Shown one piece after another: positions 1-9,741 of a stretch of 64,000 nucleotides of DNA. This DNA is from Planctomycetota bacterium (GTDB taxonomy: Bacteria > Planctomycetota > UBA1135): assembly GCA_024229395.1 (NCBI GenBank), contig JAAESM010000050.1, forward strand, positions 58,043-122,042, written 5' to 3'. Every line of letters begins with the position of its first letter. Within the stretch, counting starts at the first letter, position 1. Position numbers and translations under genes: made by a program. Below the pieces are notes generated by a model. It searched no databases. It was given only the letters and a program-made list of their open reading frames with translations, and was not told the DNA's origin.

Positions 1-29
1 CCCCCCAGAATCGTTATCCTTTGCGGGTG

Positions 30-1544
30 ATGGCGAATCTACGTTGGCTGACCTTGCTGCTGCTGTTCGCGGCATGCTCGCCTAGCCGTGCCGAGCTGGT
101 GATTGCCAATGGCCCCGACGTGGAGGTGCTCGATCCGCAGCTGGCCAACACCACTGCTGCCGCACGCGTCTTTCAGGCACTATTTGAGGGCCTGACCCGC
201 CTCGACCCAGTCACCCTAGAGGTCCTGCCGGGCCTGGCCGATGACTGGCAATCCAATGAGTCCGCCACCAACTGGCGCTTTCATCTGCGCGAAGGCCTGC
301 AATGGTCCGACGGCACGCCGCTGACCCTGGATGACGTACGCGAGTCGTGGCAACGCTTGGCGGATCCTGCCACCGGCGCCAGTTATGCCGATTGGATGCG
401 TGATACGCGGATCGAGACTTACCACGACAACGGCTGGGTGGTGGTTTACTTCACGCGCCCCATGCCGCTGTTCGATCGCATGTGCGCCTATCACGCCTTG
501 ACGCCGATCCCCAAGGCCCTGCGTGAGGCTGCACCAGGAAGCCTGCCGGACCCATTACCGAGCAGTGGCCCCTATCGCTTGCTCGAACGACGTATCCGCG
601 ACCGCATTCGCGTAGAGCGCAATCCCTTCAGCTGGCGCGCAGATTCCGTCGGCCTCGAGACGATTGATTTCCGCACCATCGATTCGCAGTTCACCGCACT
701 GAACCTGTTCCTCACCGACGAGGTCCTGTACACCCCAAATGTGCCGTCGTTGGCGGTACCGGAACTACTTGCTGAGCATGCGGATATCTACACACCTGCG
801 CCGCAGTTCGCGACTTACTTCCTGCGCTTCAATGCCAGCAAGCCGCCCTTCAACAACCAAGATCTGCGCCTGGCATTAAGTCATGCGATCGATCGCGAAG
901 CGCTTGCCAAGCAAGCCGGTGGTGGCCGGCCAGCGGCAGCGACCTTGGTGCCGGGATTGGTGGAAGGTTATGAGCAGGTGGCTGCTCCCAGCTTTGATGC
1001 AGAGCAGGCGCGCGCTTATTTTCAAAAAGCCAAAGACGCCATGGGCGGCTCGATCGGGCGATTGGAGTACATCTACCCGTCGTCGGAGTTGAACCGCGCT
1101 GTGGCGGAAGTGTTGCAACAACAGTGGCGCGAGGTGCTCGGCGTGGATGTGGCTTTGGTGAACCTGGAGAACCAGAGTTTCCGTCCGCTACAACGTGGCC
1201 TGGAGTACCAAGTCTCGCACTCCAGTTGGATCGGCGATTACTTGGACCCGCTGACTTTCCTGGAATTGTTCCACACCCAGAGCAGCAACAACCGCACCGG
1301 CTACTCCGACACCAGTTACGATTCCCTGCTCGATGAGGCCACCGCACGCCCAATCGCCAGTGAGCGTTTCGAACTGCTGGCGCAAGCGGAGACCATGTTG
1401 CTGCAACAGGCGGTAGTGTTGCCCTTGTTGTTGGACATCAGTCAGGAGTTGGCCAGTCCGCGGCTGCAAGGGTTCCATCGCAACGCCGCTGGAGTGATCG
1501 ACTGGGCAGCATTGCGGATCACGTCGGAGGACGGCAGTGAGTAA
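30..1544 (+). CDS. ABC transporter substrate-binding lipoprotein, peptide/nickel family 5 (Opp/Dpp-like)
   Basis: 507-aa ORF (TTG at 21, ATG at 30). Signal peptide with lipobox LFAAC. Size and sequence fit family-5 binding proteins, and two coupled permease genes follow. Confidence 0.8.
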   Translation: MANLRWLTLLLLFAACSPSRAELVIANGPDVEVLDPQLANTTAAARVFQALFEGLTRLDPVTLEVLPGLADDWQSNESATNWRFHLREGLQWSDGTPLTLDDVRESWQRLADPATGASYADWMRDTRIETYHDNGWVVVYFTRPMPLFDRMCAYHALTPIPKALREAAPGSLPDPLPSSGPYRLLERRIRDRIRVERNPFSWRADSVGLETIDFRTIDSQFTALNLFLTDEVLYTPNVPSLAVPELLAEHADIYTPAPQFATYFLRFNASKPPFNNQDLRLALSHAIDREALAKQAGGGRPAAATLVPGLVEGYEQVAAPSFDAEQARAYFQKAKDAMGGSIGRLEYIYPSSELNRAVAEVLQQQWREVLGVDVALVNLENQSFRPLQRGLEYQVSHSSWIGDYLDPLTFLELFHTQSSNNRTGYSDTSYDSLLDEATARPIASERFELLAQAETMLLQQAVVLPLLLDISQELASPRLQGFHRNAAGVIDWAALRITSEDGSE

Positions 1545-2457
1545 GCGCTTCGCAAAACGTCTGCTCAGTCTGTTAATCAGCATTCTGTTGGTCCATGCGG
1601 TGGCCTTCATGATGGTGCGCAGCACACGCGGCGGGCCCTTTGATGAAGAGCGTTCGCTGTCGCCGCAAGTGCGGGTGGCATTGGAGCAACGTTATGGCTT
1701 GGATGATCCTTTGGCAGTGCAGTATCTACGCGCCGTCGGCGGCTTGTTGCGCGGCGATTTCGGCCCATCATTGCGTTATCGCGATACCCAAGTCTCGGAG
1801 TTGCTTGCCGACGCCCTGCCGATCAGCCTTGCTTTAGGTGGTGGCGCTTTGCTGTTGGCCTTGTTGATTGGCATTCCGGCTGGCCTGCTTTCCGCCAGCA
1901 AACGGCATCCGCTCGGCGCCGGCATCGCCGCAACTTGCTCCACCCTGCTGCTGGCGATCCCGAACTTCGTCATTGCCGGAGTGGTGGTGGCCTTGTTCAG
2001 TTTCCGCCTGGGTTGGTTGCCCCCAGCTGGCTTTGGACAACTGCGCCATCTGTTGTTGCCATGGTTATGCCTGGCTCTGCCGTTAGCCGCGCAGATCGCA
2101 TTGCTAGTCCGCGCCCGCACCACCGAAACCTTGCAAGGCGCCGCCGTACGTAGTGCAGTGGCGCAAGGATTGGCGCCCGCAGTGTTGTTGAAGCGTTATG
2201 TGTTGCGCCCCAGTCTCACTCCGGTGTTAGCTTTCCTCGGCCCCGCCACCGCTGCCTTATTGACCGGGTCGCTGGTGATCGAACAAGTCTTCGCCTTGCC
2301 GGGGTTGGGCACCTTCTTCGTGCAGGCGGCACTGGCGCGTGACTACACCTTGGCGCTTGGCGTGACTGTGGTCTACACCGCCTTGCTCGGCAGCTGCACC
2401 TTGATTGCCGACTTGTTGATGGCCAAACTCGATCCGCGCGTGGAGGCCTTGTCATGA
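1537..2457 (+). CDS. ABC transporter permease (DppB/OppB-like)
   Basis: 306-aa multi-TM protein. N-terminal RFAKRLL and C-terminal DLLMAKLDPRV are typical of DppB/OppB. GTG start overlaps the binding-protein stop by 8 nt. Confidence 0.85.
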   Translation: MSKRFAKRLLSLLISILLVHAVAFMMVRSTRGGPFDEERSLSPQVRVALEQRYGLDDPLAVQYLRAVGGLLRGDFGPSLRYRDTQVSELLADALPISLALGGGALLLALLIGIPAGLLSASKRHPLGAGIAATCSTLLLAIPNFVIAGVVVALFSFRLGWLPPAGFGQLRHLLLPWLCLALPLAAQIALLVRARTTETLQGAAVRSAVAQGLAPAVLLKRYVLRPSLTPVLAFLGPATAALLTGSLVIEQVFALPGLGTFFVQAALARDYTLALGVTVVYTALLGSCTLIADLLMAKLDPRVEALS

Positions 2458-3287
2458 AGATCAAGTGGCTCACGCGAACGGCTTGGGTTTTCTTGGCATT
2501 GCTGGCCGTGCTGTCCTTGATCGCGCCATGGTTGCCAATCGCGGATTACCGCGCCATGGATCCCGACGCACGCTTAGTCGCGCCGCAATGGACCACCGCC
2601 CCCATGCTCGGCACCGACGCACAAGGTCGCGACATGTTGGCGCGCTTGCTATGGGGCGCACGCATTTCGCTATTCGTGGGTTTGTTCGGCACCATCGTCG
2701 CGATGTTAGTCGGCGTGCCTTATGGTGCCTTTGCCGGTTATCGCGGTGGGCGCTGGGATCGTACGCTGATGCGCTTGGCGGATGCATTGGAAAGCATTCC
2801 GATGGTGGTGTTTGTGCTGTTCTTAATGTCGATCCTGCAGGAGTATCGCGCTGAACTTGCCTTTGTCGGCTTTGGGCGTTTGCAACTCTTCCTGGTCGCG
2901 ATCGGCCTATTGTTCTGGTTGCCCACCGCTCGCGTTGCGCGTGCCGAAGCACTACGCATTCGCCAACTGCCCTATGTGATGGCAGCGCGTTCCGCAGGCA
3001 TGCGCGGCTGGCCGTTGTTGCGCAGTCACATCCTGCCGAACATGATGCCGGCATTGCGCGTGATGCTGTTACTCACCTTGCCACGTGTAATCCTGATGGA
3101 AGCCTTCTTGAGCTTCCTCGGATTAGGTGTGGAACCACCGGCAGTCTCCTGGGGTGGATTGGCCAGTGATGGCTTGGCCGCCATGAACCCATTGGTCGGT
3201 TCAGCTTGGTTGATGCTGTTACCGAGTGGCGTCTTGGCGTTGACCTTATTAGCACTGCAACGCGTCGGCGCCAGCGCGAAGAACTAA
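2454..3287 (+). CDS. ABC transporter permease (DppC/OppC-like)
   Basis: 277-aa multi-TM protein with GTDAQGRDMLARLLWGARISL, typical of DppC/OppC. ATGA start/stop overlap with the upstream permease. Confidence 0.85.
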   Translation: MKIKWLTRTAWVFLALLAVLSLIAPWLPIADYRAMDPDARLVAPQWTTAPMLGTDAQGRDMLARLLWGARISLFVGLFGTIVAMLVGVPYGAFAGYRGGRWDRTLMRLADALESIPMVVFVLFLMSILQEYRAELAFVGFGRLQLFLVAIGLLFWLPTARVARAEALRIRQLPYVMAARSAGMRGWPLLRSHILPNMMPALRVMLLLTLPRVILMEAFLSFLGLGVEPPAVSWGGLASDGLAAMNPLVGSAWLMLLPSGVLALTLLALQRVGASAKN

Positions 3288-3661
3288 GCCTGCGGGCGCG
3301 CGACGACGTCGATCTCTACGCGTAAGTCACGCGGCAAGCGCTGCACTTCCACGCACGAACGCGCTGGCTTGTGGCCATCCATGAACTCCGAATAGATCTC
3401 GTTCATGGTCGCGAACTCATCCATGTCAGCCAGGTAGACGGTGGCCTTGACCACGTCTTTCAAGGTGCAATCGGCAGCACCAAGCACGGCGATCAAGTTG
3501 GCAAAGACCTGCCGCGTCTGCGCAACGATATCCGGGCCGGCAATGCTGTTGTCGGGGCACATGCCCACCACGCCACTGGTGTAGACCCAACCATCGACCT
3601 TGATGGCCTGGCTGTAAGGACCAATGGCCTGCGAGGAATTTTCAGTGTGAATGATCTGCAT
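3284..3661 (-). CDS. ridA: RidA/YjgF-family reactive-intermediate deaminase
   Basis: 125 aa. AIGPYSQAI..GWVYTSG..ATVYL..F..N.Y matches the YjgF/UK114 family along its whole length. Confidence 0.85.
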   Translation of the reverse strand: MQIIHTENSSQAIGPYSQAIKVDGWVYTSGVVGMCPDNSIAGPDIVAQTRQVFANLIAVLGAADCTLKDVVKATVYLADMDEFATMNEIYSEFMDGHKPARSCVEVQRLPRDLRVEIDVVARPQA

Positions 3662-3672
3662 GGATTCAGCTT

Positions 3673-4167
3673 TCAGGATTCAGAGGTCAGGCGTTTCTTC
3701 AGTGCGGTGTGGATCGCTGGAGGTAGGAACTGCTGGATCTCGCCGCCGCCGGCATAGACCTCCTTGATCAGGCGACTCGAGACATAAGCGTAAAGTTCAC
3801 TCGGCATCACAAACACCGATTCAATCTCCTCGTTGAGGCGTCGGTTGGTCATGGCCATTGGGTACTCATACTCAAAGTCAGTGAAGGTGCGCACACCACG
3901 CAGCAAGATCGAGATGCCGCGGTTGCGCGCTTCGTCGACCACTAGGCCATCGAAGCACACCACTTCCACCGGCAGATCGCCGACTTCATCGCGGATCATC
4001 TGCACGCGTTCTTCGGGCGTGAACAGCGGCACCTTGGAGCGATTCTCGGCCACCGCAACCAGCAGCGAGCCGAACAACTTCACTCCCCGGCGGATCAGAT
4101 CCAGATGGCCCAAGGTCATGGGATCGAAGGTACCTGCATACAAGGCACGCGGGGCGGGGTCACTCAT
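3673..4167 (-). CDS. coaD: phosphopantetheine adenylyltransferase
   Basis: The internal ATG at 4167 of the 307-aa ORF gives a 164-aa protein starting MSDPAPRALYAGTFDPMTLGHLDLI (PPAT nucleotidyltransferase motif). The upstream 143 codons are Arg/Pro-rich with no homology. Confidence 0.9.
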   Translation of the reverse strand: MSDPAPRALYAGTFDPMTLGHLDLIRRGVKLFGSLLVAVAENRSKVPLFTPEERVQMIRDEVGDLPVEVVCFDGLVVDEARNRGISILLRGVRTFTDFEYEYPMAMTNRRLNEEIESVFVMPSELYAYVSSRLIKEVYAGGGEIQQFLPPAIHTALKKRLTSES

Positions 4168-4271
4168 GAGGCCGATTGTAGGGTGCCGACGCCGGCGCGG
4201 TGCGTCTTCCTGCAGAGGCTGCCGCAGCGCCAAGTCCTTCTTGGTGCGCGCAAGCGCTTTCGCTCCTGTCC

Positions 4272-6362
4272 ATGTCCGCCTTTTGGTCAACGCTGCCCAC
4301 CGCCGTTTGCTGCGCAACCAGCCACTTAGTGGTGGTGGTCGCGGTGTTGTTGTTCGAGGCACCAAGTCCAGAGATTGCCAAGGTTGCTGGTATCGCCGCC
4401 TTCCTTTTGGCCATATTGGCGGCGGCGCAACGATTCCTGATGTTGCCGGCGCGTGTTTTGTTGATCCTGGCCTGTGCGTGTTTGGCTTTGCAACGCAGCC
4501 CGCAAGATTTTGAGCTGCAGTTCGTTGAGAGCCGACCAGTGGTTCTGCAAGCCAGATTGTTGGAGTGGCACACCCATGAGGATGGCGCATGGGCAATCTT
4601 TGATCGATTGCAGTCGGTCAGTGGTGCAGCCGCAGAATCCTTGGAGCTGGTGGCCGCAGATGTTCGCTTGTTGGGCGTAGCTTCCGGACAGCAAAGACCG
4701 CCGTCGGCAGGAGCTTGGGTTGATCTGGAAGGTCAACTGCGCCACGACGGTCACTACTTCCGCCTGGAGCGCTTCCGCTGGAAGCTACTCGAATATGGCC
4801 GTGCTCCACCCATCACCATGCTGCGCAATTGGGTGCGCCAACGATTGCAAGCAACCTTGTCGGCCGAAGCAGCTGGCTTGGCGCTTGCCCTATTGCTCGG
4901 TGAACGTCGCGATGTGCCCGAACAGATCCACAACGACTACCGACGCTTCGGCTTGATCCATTTGCTTGCGGTCTCCGGTTTGCACTTCTGGTTGTGGGAC
5001 CTGCTGCTGCGCCGAATCTTGCGCGGCCCTTTGGCGCGTGCGCGTTGGCCATTGCTGTTAATGGCGGCCGCCTTAGCAAATGGCACAACTCCGGTGGTAC
5101 GCGCTTGCAGTGTCGTATTGTTGCGCGACGCCAGCGCAGCAATGGCTATGCCAGTACGCGGATTGCATCTTTGGGCCGCAGCCTGGGCAGTGGAAGTAGC
5201 CTTGTTCGCGCCGCGCACGGATGGCCTTGGATTTGCCCTTTCGTACACCGCAACCGCATTCCTGATCGTGGGCACCATTCACCTGCGTGGCGGCTGGTGG
5301 CGCAAGACCCTCGGCGCTTCCTGGGTTGCGTTCTTGGGATCCATGCCGACCCTGCACGCCGTTCAATCCACCATCGAGCCATGGACCATCCTGCTCAGTC
5401 CATTGCTGGCCTTGCTATTACCAATCCGCTTGTTCGCCAGCCTGTTGGCCCTGATTCCAGGATTGGCGTCGATCATGGATTGGGTTCTGCGTGCCGTAGC
5501 CAAGCTGGAACAAGCCTTGTTCCAGAGCTTGGATGGCGCCTTCTTGAGCCCATGGTCCGCACCACAGCTATCCTCATGCTTGTTGCTGGTCAGTGCAATC
5601 AGTGGATTGTGGTTATGTCGAAACTGGCAACAGCTCTCTGCTCCCGGTCGTGGCCTTGGTTTCCTGCTGTTACTCAGTGGATTCTTGATTCCAATCCCAA
5701 ACTCACCAGGAATCTTTGCTCTACCCAGCGGTCATGGCTTGGCGGTCATCCTTCATGGTCAGCATCGCAGCTTGAGTTACGACCTTGGTAGTGGCGACGT
5801 CAACCCGAAGCGCCTGTTCGAGCGCAGCTATATGCCCGCACTGGGTGCACGCCATTGGCCCATGCCAGAGCAGTTCGTGCGTTCGCATAGCGATATCGAT
5901 CACATCAATGCGCTACCGTTCTTGCGGCAACGCATACAAGTCGAGGAAATATCGATTGCTCCATATCAGAAGCGTCGGCTGCAGGGTTACGAGCCGTTGC
6001 AGATCGACGTCATCGGTTGCCGTCCAGCACGCATCGGTGTGAGCAACGATGGTGGTCATGTGTTGCATGTTCAGGCACCAAACTTCCGCATGGTCTTGCT
6101 TGGCGATCAATCCGGCTACAGCTTGCGCCAACTGATCCCGCAACTGGATCCCGGGCCGATCGACATCCTGCTGGTGCCACATCATGGTTTGACCACCGAC
6201 GGCCTCGCGGAGCTCTTAATCCACCTGCAACCGCGCTTGGCGTGGACGTCGTCGGGGCCGCGCAACTATCCGCTGCCGGTGGCACCGTTATTGGAGTACT
6301 TAGGGGTGCCATTGGTTTCGACCCTGGATCACGGCTTGGAGTGGACCTTGGCTGAGGATTGA
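4272..6362 (+). CDS. comEC: ComEC/Rec2-family DNA internalisation channel protein with C-terminal metallo-beta-lactamase-like domain
   Basis: Polytopic membrane protein with the core motif RRFGLIHLLAVSGLHFWLW and a C-terminal HSDIDHINAL / LLVPHHG region. A GTG at 4200 is an alternative start. Confidence 0.8.
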   Translation: MSAFWSTLPTAVCCATSHLVVVVAVLLFEAPSPEIAKVAGIAAFLLAILAAAQRFLMLPARVLLILACACLALQRSPQDFELQFVESRPVVLQARLLEWHTHEDGAWAIFDRLQSVSGAAAESLELVAADVRLLGVASGQQRPPSAGAWVDLEGQLRHDGHYFRLERFRWKLLEYGRAPPITMLRNWVRQRLQATLSAEAAGLALALLLGERRDVPEQIHNDYRRFGLIHLLAVSGLHFWLWDLLLRRILRGPLARARWPLLLMAAALANGTTPVVRACSVVLLRDASAAMAMPVRGLHLWAAAWAVEVALFAPRTDGLGFALSYTATAFLIVGTIHLRGGWWRKTLGASWVAFLGSMPTLHAVQSTIEPWTILLSPLLALLLPIRLFASLLALIPGLASIMDWVLRAVAKLEQALFQSLDGAFLSPWSAPQLSSCLLLVSAISGLWLCRNWQQLSAPGRGLGFLLLLSGFLIPIPNSPGIFALPSGHGLAVILHGQHRSLSYDLGSGDVNPKRLFERSYMPALGARHWPMPEQFVRSHSDIDHINALPFLRQRIQVEEISIAPYQKRRLQGYEPLQIDVIGCRPARIGVSNDGGHVLHVQAPNFRMVLLGDQSGYSLRQLIPQLDPGPIDILLVPHHGLTTDGLAELLIHLQPRLAWTSSGPRNYPLPVAPLLEYLGVPLVSTLDHGLEWTLAED

Positions 6363-6464
6363 TTCTGCACTGTTGCTTGCGAATGCATTGCAGACCCCAG
6401 GAACGGCAGTTGCACGGCACCAGAAAGAAAGCGAACCGCAGTCGGTAACAACCGTCATCCAGGC

Positions 6465-8132
6465 ATGACAGCAGCGGTCTTTGGTGCAACCCTATTCGGC
6501 GATTCCGCACATCTGGTGCGGGTGGAGACCCGTATGGGGCGTGGCTTATCGCGGGTCATCATGGTCGGCATGCCAGATGCCGCCACGCGTGAGGCGCGCG
6601 AACGTTTACCCGCTGCTTTGGCCCGTCATGACTTTAGTTTTCCCAAGGGCAAAGTCCTGTTCAACTTGGTGCCTGCGCAGTTGCCCAAGCGCGGCCTGCC
6701 TTTGGACCTGGCCTTGGCGGTGTCGTTATTGATTCAGGATCGGCAGCTTCCCAAGCTGAAGTCCTCAATCCTGTTCCTGGCTGAGTTGGATCTACAAGGT
6801 CGTCTGCGCCCACCGGCAAGAGGAACTCTGTTGGCCAGCCTTGCCGCCCTAGAAGAGCAATGTTCCACGGTCATCACCGCACCGGAATCGGCCCAAGAAG
6901 CCGCCATCGCTCCCGGTATTCAAGCCTATGGTTTGGTCGACTTGCAAGAGGTCAAGGAGTTCCTGCGCCAAGCCAGCGCTTTCCAGCCTGTGCAAGTTGC
7001 AGGACCAGCAGATTTGTCAGGCATCCAGAATCCCGGAAGGGTTGCACATTCCGGAAATACGACTGCTGCAAGCGCCACTCACGCCCAATCACCCGAATTG
7101 CGCCTGGATGATCTGCGCGGGCAGAGCGTCGCAAGAGAGGCTGCGGCAATCGCTGTGGCAGGGCGCCACTCCCTACTGCTGCAAGGTCCGCCAGGAACAG
7201 GCAAGTCCATGCTGGCACGTCGGCTGCCTGGTCTTCTGCCAAGCCTCGAACAATCGGTAGCCCTGCAACTGGCCAAGGTCGAAGCCCTGTTGGGCCCTGT
7301 GCCGGCAATCCCAAGCATGGCCCCCTTCCGCGCTCCCCACACCAGCGTTTCGGCACAAGCACTGCTCGGTGGCGGTATGCCGTTGCGCCCAGGTGAAATT
7401 GCGCGCGCCCATGGCGGCATCTTGTTCCTCGACGAGCTGCCGGAGTTCACCCGGCCAGTGCTGGAAGGCATGCGCCAACCCCTAGAGGAGAAAGAAGTCC
7501 GCCTACAGCGTGCCCGCGAATGGGCCACCTATCCCGCCGACGTCATGCTGGTGGCAACCAGCAACCCGTGTGCATGTGGATTCGTCACCCACCCTAAGAT
7601 CCCTTGCCGTTGCACACCGAATCGCCTGCAAACTTACCGCAATCGCATCAGCGGGCCACTGCAGGACCGATTCGATCTTTTCGTGGAGATGGGACCCGTC
7701 GGCGCCGAGGAGCTACAGCAAGATTCCACTCCACCACATGACGAGGATCTTCACCTACAACTGGAACAAACTCGCGCCTTCCAGCAGGAGCAACAAAGGC
7801 AACGCGGCTTTGCACTGGCATCGATGGCGGAGGTCGACGCCATCCACAGTGCCGGACTTGAGGCGGCGGCAGCCACCTTGTTACGTCAAGCAGCTACGGT
7901 GATTCCGCTCAGTGGTCGCGGCATGTTGCGCTGTTTACGCGTGGCGCGCACCGCTGCGGACTTGGATTGCTGCCCACAGATTCGTGCCAGCGACATGCGC
8001 AAGGCGCTTAGTTTTCGGCCGTTGCCTGTAGGGCAGGAAACAGCCACAGCTCCACGCCATTCTCCTGGGCAAGCATGGTCGCGCCGGAAGCCTGCAAGCG
8101 CTGCCCAGTCTCCACCACTTGCGGGCGACTGA
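6465..8132 (+). CDS. comM: YifB/ComM-family Mg-chelatase-like AAA+ ATPase
   Basis: Walker A GPPGTGKSMLARRL, Walker B ILFLDELPEF and an N-terminal Lon-like domain. The conserved end (..KALSFR) lies near 8018, followed by a 37-aa non-conserved tail. Confidence 0.88.
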   Translation: MTAAVFGATLFGDSAHLVRVETRMGRGLSRVIMVGMPDAATREARERLPAALARHDFSFPKGKVLFNLVPAQLPKRGLPLDLALAVSLLIQDRQLPKLKSSILFLAELDLQGRLRPPARGTLLASLAALEEQCSTVITAPESAQEAAIAPGIQAYGLVDLQEVKEFLRQASAFQPVQVAGPADLSGIQNPGRVAHSGNTTAASATHAQSPELRLDDLRGQSVAREAAAIAVAGRHSLLLQGPPGTGKSMLARRLPGLLPSLEQSVALQLAKVEALLGPVPAIPSMAPFRAPHTSVSAQALLGGGMPLRPGEIARAHGGILFLDELPEFTRPVLEGMRQPLEEKEVRLQRAREWATYPADVMLVATSNPCACGFVTHPKIPCRCTPNRLQTYRNRISGPLQDRFDLFVEMGPVGAEELQQDSTPPHDEDLHLQLEQTRAFQQEQQRQRGFALASMAEVDAIHSAGLEAAAATLLRQAATVIPLSGRGMLRCLRVARTAADLDCCPQIRASDMRKALSFRPLPVGQETATAPRHSPGQAWSRRKPASAAQSPPLAGD

Positions 8133-9741
8133 TGACCGCCAACGGCCGTTGCGGCATAAAACTGCGCGCAGCCAGCAAGGCTTCGTCGTTGTCGTAAGCC
8201 GGTGTGGGTGCCAGAGCCTTCATGGCCCAGCGACGTCCTTCCCAAAAACCGAGGCATGCGTCCAAGCGTTGTTGGCGATCAGCCAAATCGTTGTTGTGGA
8301 TCTGTGGGGAATCCACCAACAGGGCGTGGGTCAAGGTGGGTGCAAGCTGGTTGCCTTGGGCACCCGTTTGGCCACCTCCAACATTGGGGTGGCGCGGATG
8401 GATCATCAAGACCGCATCCGCGGGCAGGTTTCGTTCCGCATCTTCCACCGACTTTGGCCAACTGCTTAAACGCGCTTCTTCACGCACCTTCAAGCGCCCT
8501 TCTTCGACATGATCGAGCAGATAAGAACCGCCGTCGCCCCAAGCAGAGTAAACCTTGACGGTCTGCCAAGACATAGGCACGCAGATTCCCAGCACCGCAA
8601 TTGCGGCCACTGCACCGGGCCAGCGCTTCGACCATTGACTGAGGAAATGCCCCACCGGGATGGCTAGCAAGATGCCGGCCATGCGCGGGAACTTGTACTC
8701 ATTGCCCCATGGCAAACTCGCAAAGGAGAATGCCGCAGCAATCCCGATCGCCAACGACAGATGCGAGCGACAATTCTGGATTGCCCAAAGACCGGGTAGG
8801 CCGAGCAATAGCAACAACAGCAACGGACCCAACAAGTTTGCCCACGCCACACCTTCGAAGGGCAACTGCGGACTGACGGCATTGGGGTCGCGCTCCGCTT
8901 CGGCAAACAACACCGGCAACAAGAACGGCAGGGCAAGCAGTAACGACAAAGCCCCCACCGGCAGTAGTTTCAGGAAGCTCGCTTCTCCAGCCTTCATGGC
9001 CATCAGCTTGCGTGCCACCACCAACAGCCCCACGAACAAACCAACCAAGGGATTGATTGCCGTAGTCACGCCGAGCAAGGCGCCGCACAACCACATGGCT
9101 TTCGTGCCAGGCTTCAAGTTCTCTGACAAAGTGAACAAGGCAAAAGGCAAAGCCAAGGCGAAGGATGACACATTGAAGAACTTCGGCAGGAAGGACTGCA
9201 GGCGCCCGTCCCAGCGGAAACTATCCAAACGCGTGGAATCCATCAGCGCCGCCAAGGGCATGGCGCCTTCCGGTAAATCCGGCGCATCGGACATCTTCAT
9301 CAGAATCCATCCAAGGCCGTTGAAGCCGGCCACCATGGCGGCAAAGGCGAAACGTCGGGCACGGTAATCCAGGCCGAAGCGTTTGCCGAGTGCATCTAAG
9401 GCTGGCCCCATCAAGGCAGCTGCGAAGATGTTCAAGATCGCGAATCCCCACAAAGGACCGCCACCGAAGCGCCCGAGCAGAACGCCGAGCAACGGGTAAA
9501 GCAGGTAATAGCGCAGGTCCGAGCCAGCGTGATAAGGGTTCTCGGGCAACAAGCCATCGCGCAACACCGATTCACCAATCGCTGTGTGCAGATAGCCGTG
9601 ATAGGAAGTGCGCACGGCCTCGCCGCCAAGAGTTACCACCGCCATCACCACCATGGCAAGCAGACCGCCTTCGATCCACGGGGTGATGCGATCGCGCATC
9701 GACGGTTGCGTGCTTAACGGTTCCATTGTTCGCCGCTCCAT
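8008..9741 (-). CDS. polytopic membrane protein of unknown function (possible GT-C-like glycosyl/lipid transferase)
   Basis: 577-aa ORF with about 10 or more hydrophobic helices plus a soluble C-terminal region of about 180 aa. It has no diagnostic motif. It is the last gene of the sulfatase-like operon. Alternative ATG starts lie at 9726 and 9699. Confidence 0.55.
   Translation of the reverse strand: MERRTMEPLSTQPSMRDRITPWIEGGLLAMVVMAVVTLGGEAVRTSYHGYLHTAIGESVLRDGLLPENPYHAGSDLRYYLLYPLLGVLLGRFGGGPLWGFAILNIFAAALMGPALDALGKRFGLDYRARRFAFAAMVAGFNGLGWILMKMSDAPDLPEGAMPLAALMDSTRLDSFRWDGRLQSFLPKFFNVSSFALALPFALFTLSENLKPGTKAMWLCGALLGVTTAINPLVGLFVGLLVVARKLMAMKAGEASFLKLLPVGALSLLLALPFLLPVLFAEAERDPNAVSPQLPFEGVAWANLLGPLLLLLLLGLPGLWAIQNCRSHLSLAIGIAAAFSFASLPWGNEYKFPRMAGILLAIPVGHFLSQWSKRWPGAVAAIAVLGICVPMSWQTVKVYSAWGDGGSYLLDHVEEGRLKVREEARLSSWPKSVEDAERNLPADAVLMIHPRHPNVGGGQTGAQGNQLAPTLTHALLVDSPQIHNNDLADRQQRLDACLGFWEGRRWAMKALAPTPAYDNDEALLAARSFMPQRPLAVISRPQVVETGQRLQASGATMLAQENGVELWLFPALQATAEN

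Noticed and set aside
1-3287. The ABC importer has a binding protein and two permeases but no ATPase genes. A convergent ridA follows instead.
   Set aside because: The operon starts at the window edge, so ATPase genes could lie upstream or elsewhere. This cannot be evaluated from this window.
4168-4596. 5' extensions of track ORFs: coaD here, and also rplU 42312-42518, hpf 45045-45224, rplQ 54144-54212, rpsN 60971-61048, rpmC 62730-62768 and giants 19007-19126 and 36109-36174.
   Set aside because: Homology starts at internal start codons. The extensions are Arg/Pro-rich, overlap neighbouring genes or promoters, and in the lipoproteins would bury the signal peptide.
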